Shown: piece by piece, positions 50,496 through 59,851 of the stretch | Position numbering within the stretch: the first letter of the stretch is position 1 | Layout of the letters: every line of letters starts with the position of its first letter | Assembly: GCA_963692525.1 (NCBI GenBank) | Contig: OY829953.1 | Span: forward strand, 520,380 to 584,379 | Source of the DNA: Opitutales bacterium | GTDB taxonomy: Bacteria > Verrucomicrobiota > Verrucomicrobiia > Opitutales > PNEW01 | Direction: 5' to 3' | DNA length: 64,000 nucleotides | The notes under the pieces: generated by a model | What the model was told of the DNA's origin: nothing | The model's input: only the letters and a program-made list of their open reading frames with translations | Databases searched by the model: none | Position numbers and translations under genes: made by a program

Positions 50496-52148
50496 TCAAT
50501 CCGGCTCGGGTAACTTCATTACTTCTTTAAATGTCAGGGGTGGTTTATCCACTGCTTTTTTTGGGATTATCAAACTCGCGAAATAACCGACAATTAAAGT
50601 TGCTGATATTCCGAGCGGTGAGGGCCAAACCCAGCTGAATTCGCTGAAAAATGCTACATATATACTGGTAGTTAGTCCGGCAAGAGCTCCTATCACTACG
50701 CCGATGCTATGTGATTTACTACTGAACATCCCCAAAACAAAGATCCCGAAGAGTGGACCAAAAAAGGATCCGATAATTCTATTTGCAGCGGCGTATAGCT
50801 CTCCCATGCGCCCTACGTTACTCGCCACTAAGATCATGACACACCCTATACACAGGGTTGCAATTCGGGCAACAAGGATTTGCTTACGTTCTTCCTCAGC
50901 AGTGAGATTTTCAGCGGGACGAACTTTTCCTAAGTACAGTCGATTGTAGTAATCTACAACGATAACCGAGGTTGTAGAATTTATCGCGGCATCAATGCTG
51001 GACAATGAAGCGGCAAAAATAGCAGCGATGACCAATCCCGTTAGACCAGCGGGAAAATGATTCGCCATAAAATATGGCAGGATGTGATCATTCTGAATGC
51101 CTTGGGGGTATTCAGCATGTTGATAATAAGCGAATAATGCCAACCCGACAAAGCCGAGTAATACCATCCAAACCGTATCCGAAACGGCATTAATAAGATA
51201 AGACTTTCTCGCTTCTTTTATGGAACGCATCGCCTGGAAACGAAGAATGGCAATCTGGTCAGCGGTAAAAGCTGCACATCGACCAATAGTCACCACGAGA
51301 ACGACACCAACTAATGTCAGTTCTTCGGTCAGATAAAACCTGATTTTCTCCATCATTGATGCGCCCTGCATTTCAGGAATGTCGGCGATTAAATCAATTC
51401 TCCCCGACTCTTGAGCCAGCCTGTAGACTTCACTCACGCCACCCGGTGTATTGGAAATAATAAAATAAAGGGTGGCAAATAAACCGGCAAACATAACGAA
51501 GAATTGCGTCACATCCGTCCAGATAACCGCCTTCATCCCCCCCAGCATCGTGTAGGTGGTGACCAAGGACCCCAACAGGATAATCATCCATAAGATATCT
51601 AATTGCCCCCCTGTCGCCGCTTTGACTGCGAGACATGGAACATATAAAGCGGCCCCCATCCAACCAATTCGCCATAGAATGAATATTCCCGAACCCACAA
51701 CACGCACCGCCAGATCAAAACGGAGTTCCAGATATTCGTAGGCAGAAAATACGTCTAACCGTCGATAAATGGGAATCGTAACTCTTGTCACCCAGGGATA
51801 TAGCGGTATCCAACTTATAAAAGACATGACTGTGATCATTCCAATCCCAAAAACGACCGCCGGCGTATTAATATAATCGAGGCCGCTGTTAAGCGCCGCC
51901 ATCAATGATATGCCCACACTTAACCATCCCAGCTGCTTGCCGCTTTTAAAATAGTCGTCGAGTGTTTTCTGTTTTCTGGAAAAATAGAACCCGATCCCCA
52001 TAAGCGTACCGAGATAGACAAAGATAATCAGCCCATCAATTAAACTGAATCCGCTGCTATTTAGACTGTTCAATATTAGATTACCTCTATCTATACCGAT
52101 TAATCGCGCTGAAAAACAGCTCATAATAGATTCCCAATACCTGCCCAA
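50496..52148 (-). CDS. Sodium:solute symporter family transporter (start uncertain)
   Basis: SAYEYLELRF, YTMLGGMKAVIWTDVTQ, GLVIAAIFAASLSS. Confidence 0.92.
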   Translation of the reverse strand: MGRYWESIMSCFSARLIGIDRGNLILNSLNSSGFSLIDGLIIFVYLGTLMGIGFYFSRKQKTLDDYFKSGKQLGWLSVGISLMAALNSGLDYINTPAVVFGIGMITVMSFISWIPLYPWVTRVTIPIYRRLDVFSAYEYLELRFDLAVRVVGSGIFILWRIGWMGAALYVPCLAVKAATGGQLDILWMIILLGSLVTTYTMLGGMKAVIWTDVTQFFVMFAGLFATLYFIISNTPGGVSEVYRLAQESGRIDLIADIPEMQGASMMEKIRFYLTEELTLVGVVLVVTIGRCAAFTADQIAILRFQAMRSIKEARKSYLINAVSDTVWMVLLGFVGLALFAYYQHAEYPQGIQNDHILPYFMANHFPAGLTGLVIAAIFAASLSSIDAAINSTTSVIVVDYYNRLYLGKVRPAENLTAEEERKQILVARIATLCIGCVMILVASNVGRMGELYAAANRIIGSFFGPLFGIFVLGMFSSKSHSIGVVIGALAGLTTSIYVAFFSEFSWVWPSPLGISATLIVGYFASLIIPKKAVDKPPLTFKEVMKLPEPD

Positions 52149-52349
52149 TGAGCAAGGATTATCTCACCTGGCAGGGATATTTCACGCGTAGACTTTCAAG
52201 CATCCGCAGATGGGATATTATGGATTAATTCATATTTATTGTAATCAGTAAGCTACCCTGCTTGACACGGGCAATTTTCTTAATTTATCTTTTTCGGTGC
52301 AGTAGATAAATTCGTATTAAATAAGTAAAAGATTAAGGGAATCTAAAGA

Positions 52350-53252
52350 ATGAAAAATTTTGAGTACACCGCGCCCAATAGCTTACGTAAGGCAATTTCC
52401 ATGCTTGCCGAAAAAAACGGAAATTCGCGCATCTTAGCTGGTGGCACCGATTTGATAGTGCAACTCAGGGGAAATCGATTTCAGGCCGAACGTGTCATCG
52501 ATGTAAAAAATATACCCGAGCTGAATGAACTTTCTTACGGGTCAAAGAAAGGTCTCACGATTGGCGCAGCCGTCCCCTGTCACCGGATATACCAGGATGC
52601 GGATTGCATTGAGAGTTATCCCGGTTTGATAGACTCCGCTGCCATAATCGGCGGTATCCAAATCCAGGGAAGAGCCAGTTTTGGGGGTAATGTCTGCAAT
52701 TCATCTCCGAGCGCAGATACGATACCTGTTCTCATTGCTTATGGGAGTAATTGTGAAATTGCTGGCCCCAATGGAAAACGACGGGTCCCAATTGAAGATT
52801 TCTGTACCGGGCCAGGGAAGAACATTTTGCAACCCGGTGAATTACTGGTCTCCATTCGGATTCCAACGATCAAAAATGCTTCCGGGGCACATTATTTACG
52901 TTTTATACCACGAAATGAAATGGATATCGCGGTTGTCGGCGCTGGTGCCTATGTAGAGCTTGGCAATCGCAAGAAGACATTTAAAAAGGTTCGTATCGGG
53001 TTGGCTGCGGTAGCTCCTACCCCTCTTTTTGCCCGTGAAGCCAGTGAGCTAATTGTCGGACGCGAGGTAAACGACGAGACGATAGAAGAAGCAGCAGAAG
53101 CGGCTAAAGCTAGCGCCAAGCCCATATCGGACATGCGCGGAACGGCGGAATATCGAACTCATTTGATCGGCGTTATGACCAAGCGCGCACTGCAAGGGGC
53201 GGTTAAAAGGGCTCGCGGTGAATTCGTTCCCAATGCGGTTCAGGAAAACTAA
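52350..53252 (+). CDS. Xanthine dehydrogenase family FAD-binding subunit (CoxM-like)
   Basis: LAGGTDL, ASFGGN, PISDMRGTAEYR. Confidence 0.92.
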   Translation: MKNFEYTAPNSLRKAISMLAEKNGNSRILAGGTDLIVQLRGNRFQAERVIDVKNIPELNELSYGSKKGLTIGAAVPCHRIYQDADCIESYPGLIDSAAIIGGIQIQGRASFGGNVCNSSPSADTIPVLIAYGSNCEIAGPNGKRRVPIEDFCTGPGKNILQPGELLVSIRIPTIKNASGAHYLRFIPRNEMDIAVVGAGAYVELGNRKKTFKKVRIGLAAVAPTPLFAREASELIVGREVNDETIEEAAEAAKASAKPISDMRGTAEYRTHLIGVMTKRALQGAVKRARGEFVPNAVQEN

Positions 53253-53338
53253 CCCTTATAAAGATTTATAACTAACTCAATTTGGGTATTAAACAATCCT
53301 TTGAAAATAAAACTTCACTCAATCGAAAGTCTAATCTG

Positions 53339-53818
53339 ATGAATAAAATTCACATTCAATCTAAGATAAATGGCGAGAATATTGAATTTCTCTGCGAACC
53401 GCGGCAAAGCTTACTCGAAGTACTGCGCGAGGACCTCGGTTTTACCGGGAGTAAGGAAGGCTGCAACGACGGAAACTGCGGAGCCTGTAGTGTAATCATG
53501 AATGGCATCCTCGTTGATTCCTGCCTTGTATTGGCCGTTGAAATTCAGGGGAAAGAAATAACTACGGTTGAGGGTCTGGCCACGGTAGATGGTTTGCATC
53601 CCCTGCAACAAAAGTTTCTCGAAAACGCGAGTCTACAATGCGGGATCTGCACTCCCGGATTTCTCGTTGCCGCTAAAGCATTGCTCGATCAAAACCCAAA
53701 TCCGACCGAACATGAAATCCGCCATTGGCTAGCCGGCAATCTATGTCGATGCACAGGATATGATAAGATAATCCGCGCGGTTCAAGATGCCAGTGCGGTC
53801 ATGAGTAAAAGTGCCTGA
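53339..53818 (+). CDS. Xanthine dehydrogenase family 2x[2Fe-2S] subunit (CoxS-like)
   Basis: GCNDGNCGAC, QCGICTPG, GNLCRCTGY. Confidence 0.94.
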   Translation: MNKIHIQSKINGENIEFLCEPRQSLLEVLREDLGFTGSKEGCNDGNCGACSVIMNGILVDSCLVLAVEIQGKEITTVEGLATVDGLHPLQQKFLENASLQCGICTPGFLVAAKALLDQNPNPTEHEIRHWLAGNLCRCTGYDKIIRAVQDASAVMSKSA

Positions 53819-53847
53819 AAAAAAACTTGAATAAGGAGAATAAGCTG

Positions 53848-56154
53848 ATGTCAAACAACTCAGGAAATGGTAAATATAAAATAATCGGTACGCGCCCCAT
53901 CCGCCACGATGGTACAGAAAAAGTCATCGGCAAGGCTATCTATGGGGCCGATGTCCGTCTTTCCGGCATGCTGCATGGGCAGGTCCTTCGAAGTCCTCAT
54001 GCCCACGCGCGAATAAAATCTATTGATACGAGCAAGGCTGAAGCCCTGGAGGGGGTACGAGCGGTCGTTACATCCGATGATCTGCCCAAAACCAATGAAG
54101 ACGACATGATCGATTTGGGTGAGGGGATGACACGTTTGAAGTATATACGTGATAATATCCTAGCCAGCGATAAGGTACTTTACCGAGGACATGCCGTTGT
54201 CGGTGTAGCCGCGAATAACCAGCAAATTGCTGACGAAGCACTCTCACTGATCGAAGTTGAATACGAGGTATTGCCACCCGTCGTCACGGTTCTCGATGCG
54301 ATGAAGGACGATGCTCCTTTACTTCACGACACCCTTACAACAGATGAGTTAGGCGAGCAGACAGATAAAAAAAGCAATATTGCCGCGCACCTCCAGCACA
54401 AGCTTGGTGACCCGGAGAAAGGTTTTAAAGATGCCGATATTGTAATCGAGCATGAATTCCACACAGCCACTGTTCACCAGGGTTACATCGAACCCCACAA
54501 CGGAACAGCGGTGTGGAATCCCGATGGACAACTCACAATTTGGACCAGCACTCAAGGTGCCTTTGTCGTGCAAAAGCAAGCAGCGGCTGTCCTTGACCAT
54601 CCCATTTCCAAAGTAAAAGTGGTCCCTACAGAAATCGGCGGTGGGTTTGGTGGTAAAATTCCAATTTATTTAGAACCGGTCGCAGCCCTACTCTCTCGTA
54701 AAACCGGCCATCCGGTAAAATTGCTGATGACCCGTGCAGGCGTTTTTGAGGGTACTGGCCCCACGCCGGGTTCCTATGTCCGCTTGAAATTAGGCGCGGA
54801 TAAATCCGGTAAATTAGTTGCCGGTGATTGCTACCTCGCTTTCGAGGCAGGTGCCTACCCGGGTTCACCCATGTTTTGTGGGTGTATGTGCGTATTTGCC
54901 TGCTATGAGATTCCTAACGCGATAGTAAATGGCTATGATGTCGTCGTTAATAAGCCAAAATCAGCCCCTTACCGGGCGCCTGGTTCGACTCAGGTAGCCT
55001 TTGCGATCGAAACGATGCTCGATGAAATTGCCGAAAAATTGGGCATGGATGCCTTTGAAATTCGTCTTTTGAATGCCGCAAAAGAGGGAACGCGCCGCGT
55101 CGATGATCTCGTTTACCCACGGATAGGCTGTGTTGAAACGATGGAAGCGGGAAAGGCCTCTGACCATTATAATACACCCTTGGAAGGACCTTACCGGGGC
55201 CGTGGAGTAGCCACCGGATACTGGTTTAATATCGGATTTAAATCCTGTGTAACAGCCAGTGTTAATGAAGATGGTACCGTCAACCTGATGGAAGGTTCGA
55301 CGGATATCGGGGGCAGCCGCACCTCGATCGCCATGCAATTCGCTGAAGTGCTCGCATTGCCCGTTGAAGATGTTAATCCCCGGGTCGGAGACACGGGTGA
55401 AATCGGCTATAATGATGTCACCGGTGGCAGCCGCACGACCTATGCTACGGGTTATGCAGCCTATAATGCCGCTCAAGATGTTAAAGAACAAATGATAGAA
55501 CGCGCCGCCAATCACTGGGAACTAAAAGCTGATGACGTGGAATTTGCAGATGAAGTTTTTAAGAATAAGAAGGACTCGTCAAAGCAACTGACTTTTAAGG
55601 AATTGGCAAAAATAGCCAGTGCCGATGACAGTCCCGTTATTGGTAAGGGCTCGGTCAATCTGGGTTTTAATATCGGTGGTTCATTCGCGACGAACATAGT
55701 CGATGTAGAGGTTGATCCCGAGACTGGCAAAGTGACAATACTTCGTTTCACCGCTATCCAGGACGCCGGTAAAGCCATACATCCCAGTTACGTGGAGGGC
55801 CAGATGCAAGGAGGCTCAGTTCAGGGTATAGGATGGGCATTGAATGAAGAGTACTTCTACAATGCAGACGGTAAAATGGAAAATTCGACTTTTCTGGATT
55901 ACCGTATTCCTACCGCTCTGGATATACCGATGATAGAAACTATCATTGTGGAGGTTCCCAATCCGAGTCATCCCTATGGGGTGCGCGGTGTGGGTGAAGC
56001 TAATATCGCACCCCCTCCTGCCGCTATTACCAATGCAATATACAATGCGCTCGGCGTTCGCTTCCGCGAATTACCGATGCGGCCCGACCGGATCATAGCC
56101 GCTCTTGCCGCAAAGCGGGAAGCCGAACCGCTGGAAGCAGTAGCGGGATCTTAG
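53848..56154 (+). CDS. Xanthine dehydrogenase family molybdopterin-binding subunit
   Basis: RSPHAHARI, IGGGFGGK, APYRAPG, EGQMQGGSVQG, RGVGE; SD TAAGGAG before ATG 53848. Confidence 0.93.
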   Translation: MSNNSGNGKYKIIGTRPIRHDGTEKVIGKAIYGADVRLSGMLHGQVLRSPHAHARIKSIDTSKAEALEGVRAVVTSDDLPKTNEDDMIDLGEGMTRLKYIRDNILASDKVLYRGHAVVGVAANNQQIADEALSLIEVEYEVLPPVVTVLDAMKDDAPLLHDTLTTDELGEQTDKKSNIAAHLQHKLGDPEKGFKDADIVIEHEFHTATVHQGYIEPHNGTAVWNPDGQLTIWTSTQGAFVVQKQAAAVLDHPISKVKVVPTEIGGGFGGKIPIYLEPVAALLSRKTGHPVKLLMTRAGVFEGTGPTPGSYVRLKLGADKSGKLVAGDCYLAFEAGAYPGSPMFCGCMCVFACYEIPNAIVNGYDVVVNKPKSAPYRAPGSTQVAFAIETMLDEIAEKLGMDAFEIRLLNAAKEGTRRVDDLVYPRIGCVETMEAGKASDHYNTPLEGPYRGRGVATGYWFNIGFKSCVTASVNEDGTVNLMEGSTDIGGSRTSIAMQFAEVLALPVEDVNPRVGDTGEIGYNDVTGGSRTTYATGYAAYNAAQDVKEQMIERAANHWELKADDVEFADEVFKNKKDSSKQLTFKELAKIASADDSPVIGKGSVNLGFNIGGSFATNIVDVEVDPETGKVTILRFTAIQDAGKAIHPSYVEGQMQGGSVQGIGWALNEEYFYNADGKMENSTFLDYRIPTALDIPMIETIIVEVPNPSHPYGVRGVGEANIAPPPAAITNAIYNALGVRFRELPMRPDRIIAALAAKREAEPLEAVAGS

Positions 56155-56157
56155 TTT

Positions 56158-56421
56158 GTGCCGAGGGTTTCGATACCTCCCCTCATGCAGAAGCTGACCA
56201 ACGGAACTTCCGTGGTCATGGTGGAGGGTAAGACTGTACGTGAAGTTATTGATAACCTGGATAAGAAGTATCCGGGAACCAAGAACCGACTTTGCGAAAA
56301 TGATCGCATCCGCCCCAATTTTGCCGTGGCGGTGAACAGTGAAATTATAGCCACTGGCCTGCGCCAACAGGTGGACCCCGATAGCGAAGTACATTTCCTC
56401 CCTGCCGTCAGCGGGGGGTGA
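56158..56421 (+). CDS. MoaD/ThiS family sulfur carrier
   Basis: 87-aa beta-grasp size, C-terminal PAVSGG. Confidence 0.88.
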   Translation: MPRVSIPPLMQKLTNGTSVVMVEGKTVREVIDNLDKKYPGTKNRLCENDRIRPNFAVAVNSEIIATGLRQQVDPDSEVHFLPAVSGG

Positions 56422-56440
56422 ACATTTTTCTTTGTAAAAT

Positions 56441-56541
56441 GGTGGAGCGGGCTGCTTGACGGCCATAGCCTTGGCGACGGCTGTTCCCCAGCGCGCTTCT
56501 TCTTACAATTATTAAACGCGCTGGGGACAGCACGTTCCACC
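56441..56541. repeat. REP doublet (REPIN-like, GTGG family) with a 30-bp element inserted in its left arm (56455-56484)
   Basis: GGTGGAGCGGGCTG[30 bp]TCCCCAGCGCGCTT ... AAACGCGCTGGGGACAGCACGTTCCACC. Confidence 0.85.
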
Positions 56542-56562
56542 TCTTTCATAATCAAAAGACGC

Positions 56563-57891
56563 TCACTTTTTCTCCAGCTCTTTAATCTTTCCTCTCAACT
56601 CATCGCGTTCGATTAAGCAATTTTGCAGGCGATAGGCCGCCTCGTGCAAAACCTGGAGTCGACTCCAACTCTCCCAGGATCCGATAACGGTATTCTGCTG
56701 CATTTTCTTCCTCAGCTTCTCGGATATCTCCACTTTTTCATCAAGGGGTGGAGAGACTTCAACCTGCAGGGGAGTGAAATTCGATTTATCTATAACCGCT
56801 TCCACCGCCGCAGTAACGGATTGAAGCGGGATATCCTTAACACAGGCGCGATAATCAAATTGGCAGAACCATTGGCAGCCCCGACAGGGAATGGCGCTGT
56901 GTACTACTTTGACTCTGCCCCGCTGCGGGAAGAAACGCGTCTCTTGTCCAGCACCATATATGGCAACCGTTGGCCGGTTTAATGCAGCCGACAAGTGCGC
57001 GTAAGCGGTATCATTACAAACGACGAGTGAAGCATTCTTAATCAAGTCGCTCAAGGTTGTTAAATTCTGAGCTGATAAAGTCTGGTGTTCAGCTTTAAAC
57101 TTTTCAGGGAAATCTTTAAATGTGGGCCCATCATCCGGCCCTTCAATCCACACCAGCCGAAAGCCCTTCCCTCTTAGCACCTCCCCCAACTGAAGAAAAT
57201 TTTCGAGCGGCCACGCACGTTTGATATTCTCCCCCACTCCGGGTGCGATAAGGGCCACTTTTTCATCGTCAGTATCTGCCGCTGTCTTTACATCGAGATT
57301 GATGTCCGGTAACAGGTCACCTTTTTCTTTCATGAGAAGAGCAAACAAGCGCTCCATCTGTGTATATTCCGATTCTTCAAGCGACGAGGAAATTTCATCC
57401 GTAAAGAAGGGTTCCTCAAGCTCGAGCATTTGCGCAACATGGCCGGTAAACAGCTGATAAGTTTCATTCTTTTTGAAGCCGATGCGCTTTGGGGCCCCGC
57501 TTAAAGCGACTGTCAAGTCGCTTAACCAGCTGCGGTTCACCATCGGTGAAATCGCGATATCCCATGAAAGGGCTTCGATCAGGGTCTTCCACCAGAGGAC
57601 GCGATCGGTAGTATCTTCAGTCCAGTCATTGAGTGGATGAAGAGGATAGGAGAGAAAATGGATATGTCCCGGTGGCAGGAGACTCAACCGCCGCGCTTCC
57701 ACGACGGGATCATCCTGAAGATTAAGCTTAAAGCAGCTCGCCTCAGGTAAAAGATCGGCCACGACTTCCATACCTGAGCGGACATGCCAGATGATGCGTG
57801 ATTCAGGAAATGCTTCCAGGAATTGTTGTACGTAACCAGCAGTGATCAACTGGTCGCCCAGTGAATCCGGTTTGGAAATTAAAATATTCAT
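56563..57891 (-). CDS. Glycosyltransferase family 9 (heptosyltransferase-like)
   Basis: KPDSLGD, KRAWP, VCNDTAYAHLSAAL, PTVAIYG. Confidence 0.88.
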   Translation of the reverse strand: MNILISKPDSLGDQLITAGYVQQFLEAFPESRIIWHVRSGMEVVADLLPEASCFKLNLQDDPVVEARRLSLLPPGHIHFLSYPLHPLNDWTEDTTDRVLWWKTLIEALSWDIAISPMVNRSWLSDLTVALSGAPKRIGFKKNETYQLFTGHVAQMLELEEPFFTDEISSSLEESEYTQMERLFALLMKEKGDLLPDINLDVKTAADTDDEKVALIAPGVGENIKRAWPLENFLQLGEVLRGKGFRLVWIEGPDDGPTFKDFPEKFKAEHQTLSAQNLTTLSDLIKNASLVVCNDTAYAHLSAALNRPTVAIYGAGQETRFFPQRGRVKVVHSAIPCRGCQWFCQFDYRACVKDIPLQSVTAAVEAVIDKSNFTPLQVEVSPPLDEKVEISEKLRKKMQQNTVIGSWESWSRLQVLHEAAYRLQNCLIERDELRGKIKELEKK

Positions 57892-58057
57892 GATTGCCGG
57901 ATATGCTCTAGCTAGCCCACTCTCTATTTGATAGCAAGATTAACTGGGAATGGACACCTAGTTTATGATGGATAAAATAACGTCATTTTAGACTGGAATA
58001 GGTTGTTTTCTTCCCAGCTAATTTTAATCAATAAAGAATCATAAATCTTGCACTCAT

Positions 58058-58134
58058 AGGTGGAGCGGGCTGTCCCTAGCGCGCTTCTTCAATTACGACT
58101 CAATAAAACCCGCTGGGGACAGCGCGTTCCACCT
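58058..58134. repeat. Uninterrupted REP doublet (REPIN-like)
   Basis: AGGTGGAGCGGGCTGTCCCTAGCGCGCTT ... AAACCCGCTGGGGACAGCGCGTTCCACCT inverted arms. Confidence 0.85.
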
Positions 58135-58260
58135 TGAAATTATAGTAAATAACTGGAGGGACCATGATGAAGGTTTTCTAAAACACATAATTTACTAGAT
58201 CTATGCAACACGTGTGGTGCAACAGCTGTAGCTCTTCAAGATAGTTGTAAGAATATTTTG

Positions 58261-58276
58261 TGTTCCACGTGAAACA
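58261..58276. promoter_or_regulatory. parS centromere-like site
   Basis: TGTTCCACGTGAAACA matches the canonical parS consensus TGTTNCACGTGAAACA; intergenic. Confidence 0.8.
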
Positions 58277-58422
58277 ATAGCGGGACAGAATTCGATCGTA
58301 GAATGACCACTTCCCATAAATGAGAAGATTTGCTATAGAAGTACCTATTAATCTATAAATACGCGTGCTAAAAATTCGTATTCCTTCGCAGTCAATCAAT
58401 CCCAAAACGCGCCATTCACAAT

Positions 58423-58564
58423 CAATATCAGTGCCCACCCGCGGTCAATATCAGTGCCCATCCGCGACATCCGCGGTCAATATCAGTTCCCATCCGCGTC
58501 ATCCGCGGTCAAAATTGATCCTCATCCGCGGTCAATATCAGTCCCCATCCGTGTCATCCGCGGT
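58423..58564. repeat. Five tandem 23/32-bp units (CAATATCAGTNCCCATCCGCGTCATCCGCGGT)
   Basis: Units start at 58423, 58446, 58478, 58510, 58533; inverted solo copy at 61862-61887. Confidence 0.88.
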
Positions 58565-58578
58565 CGTGATTCTCTAAA

Positions 58579-59601
58579 ATGAATTGGTCGGTCATCATAC
58601 CCATGGGGAGGCCCGATCGGGCGGGAATTACACTGCGTTCTCTGGTAGAACAGAATTACTTTCCCCCGTCCTGGGAAATCCTCCTCGTCGGAGTGAAAGC
58701 AGAGGAAGTTGCCGACAAGTACGCGGAACTGCCGATAATTGCCATTCCGCTTGAGAAAAATGAGCTGCCGCCGAAGACACGGCTTATCGGTTCGGACCGG
58801 GCTGCAGGTGATTGGTTTATCTTCGTTGATGACGACATGGAACTCGCCCCCGATTATTTTAAGCGCTTGCACGTCATCATTAACCCCGTAGACGCCAACC
58901 GAGAAAAAGTTCCTGACGCGATAGGTGCGCGGCTTCCGGGTGTGATAAACAATTTCTGCGATCGTCTTACTAACCTGTCAAATTTCTGGGCGCAACAGGG
59001 TAGCCGACCGGGGCCCAGGCCCTGGCTCTACAGCGCGGCGATTGCCATCCGCGCCGAGGCTTACAATAAAGTAGGCGGCTTTAACCCCCACCTGCCCAAT
59101 GGCGAAGACATCGACCTGACGCAAAAACTGGTGCAAGCCAACTACCACTTGCATTATGAACCGACCCTCGTTGCCTTACACAATCATGGCCGCACCACGC
59201 TCGCTAATATGCTGGCTTATTTCTGGAAAAATGGTAACACCGCGATCTTTTTCAACCAGGACTCGCCAGCGACGCGCTGCTTTAGCCTAAAAACTGTTAT
59301 CTACCACGCCTGGAATGACTTACGTAAAAATAGAAGGCTGAATTCCCCTCAAATCAAAGGATTTTATCGCTTTCTACCCTTTATCTTTATCAATTATCTA
59401 CTCTTTCAATCCTCGATTGAGTGGCATTATCAAAAATATCTCTGGGAAAACAGCCAGTTCCGTAATCTCCCTCTTCCCCAGTCCGGGGATCACCGCTCCT
59501 TTCAGGCATTCGTCCGCTTTAAAAAGAATCATCCTATTCATGGCACACTCCTCTACAGCTGGGCCATGCTTGAAGATTTCCACCACCCGGTGCGACGGTA
59601 G
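58579..59601 (+). CDS. Glycosyltransferase family 2
   Basis: WSVIIP, FVDDD, VGGF, GEDIDL. Confidence 0.88.
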   Translation: MNWSVIIPMGRPDRAGITLRSLVEQNYFPPSWEILLVGVKAEEVADKYAELPIIAIPLEKNELPPKTRLIGSDRAAGDWFIFVDDDMELAPDYFKRLHVIINPVDANREKVPDAIGARLPGVINNFCDRLTNLSNFWAQQGSRPGPRPWLYSAAIAIRAEAYNKVGGFNPHLPNGEDIDLTQKLVQANYHLHYEPTLVALHNHGRTTLANMLAYFWKNGNTAIFFNQDSPATRCFSLKTVIYHAWNDLRKNRRLNSPQIKGFYRFLPFIFINYLLFQSSIEWHYQKYLWENSQFRNLPLPQSGDHRSFQAFVRFKKNHPIHGTLLYSWAMLEDFHHPVRR

Positions 59602-59627
59602 GGTAAGGTGAATGCTAGAAGAATAGC

Positions 59628-59831
59628 GGTGGAGCGGGCTGTCCCTAGCACGCTTCTTAAAATATTTATTTATAAATAAACGTGCTGCCCGCCCGCCATA
59701 GCCTTGGCGACGGTTGGTCCCCAGCGCGCTTCTTAATATATTTATTTATAAATAAACGCGCTCGGGACAGCGCTTTTAACGATAAACATTTATTAGAAGG
59801 AAGAAGCGTGCTGGGGACAGCCCGCTCCACC
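59628..59831. repeat. Compound REP doublet cluster with a 30-bp insertion at 59688-59717
   Basis: 31-bp outer inverted arms (1 mismatch) at 59628-59658 and 59801-59831, enclosing a second doublet and a duplicated AT-rich spacer. Confidence 0.85.
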
Positions 59832-59851
59832 TCGTGTTAACCATTTATGGA

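Noticed and set aside
52350-56154. Aerobic CO dehydrogenase coxMSL
   Set aside because: The active-site loop APYRAPG lacks the form I AYxCSFR and form II AYxGAGR signatures.
56071-56555. Minus-strand ORFs overlapping the MoaD-like gene and REP; also 58178-58438 and 62138-62380
   Set aside because: They overlap better-supported features, start inside repeats and show no recognisable motifs.
57892-58420. oriC near parS
   Set aside because: No cluster of DnaA boxes was seen; the only perfect TTATCCACA noticed (59869-59877) is inside a CDS.
58423-58564. Mini-CRISPR
   Set aside because: Units are contiguous with no spacers.
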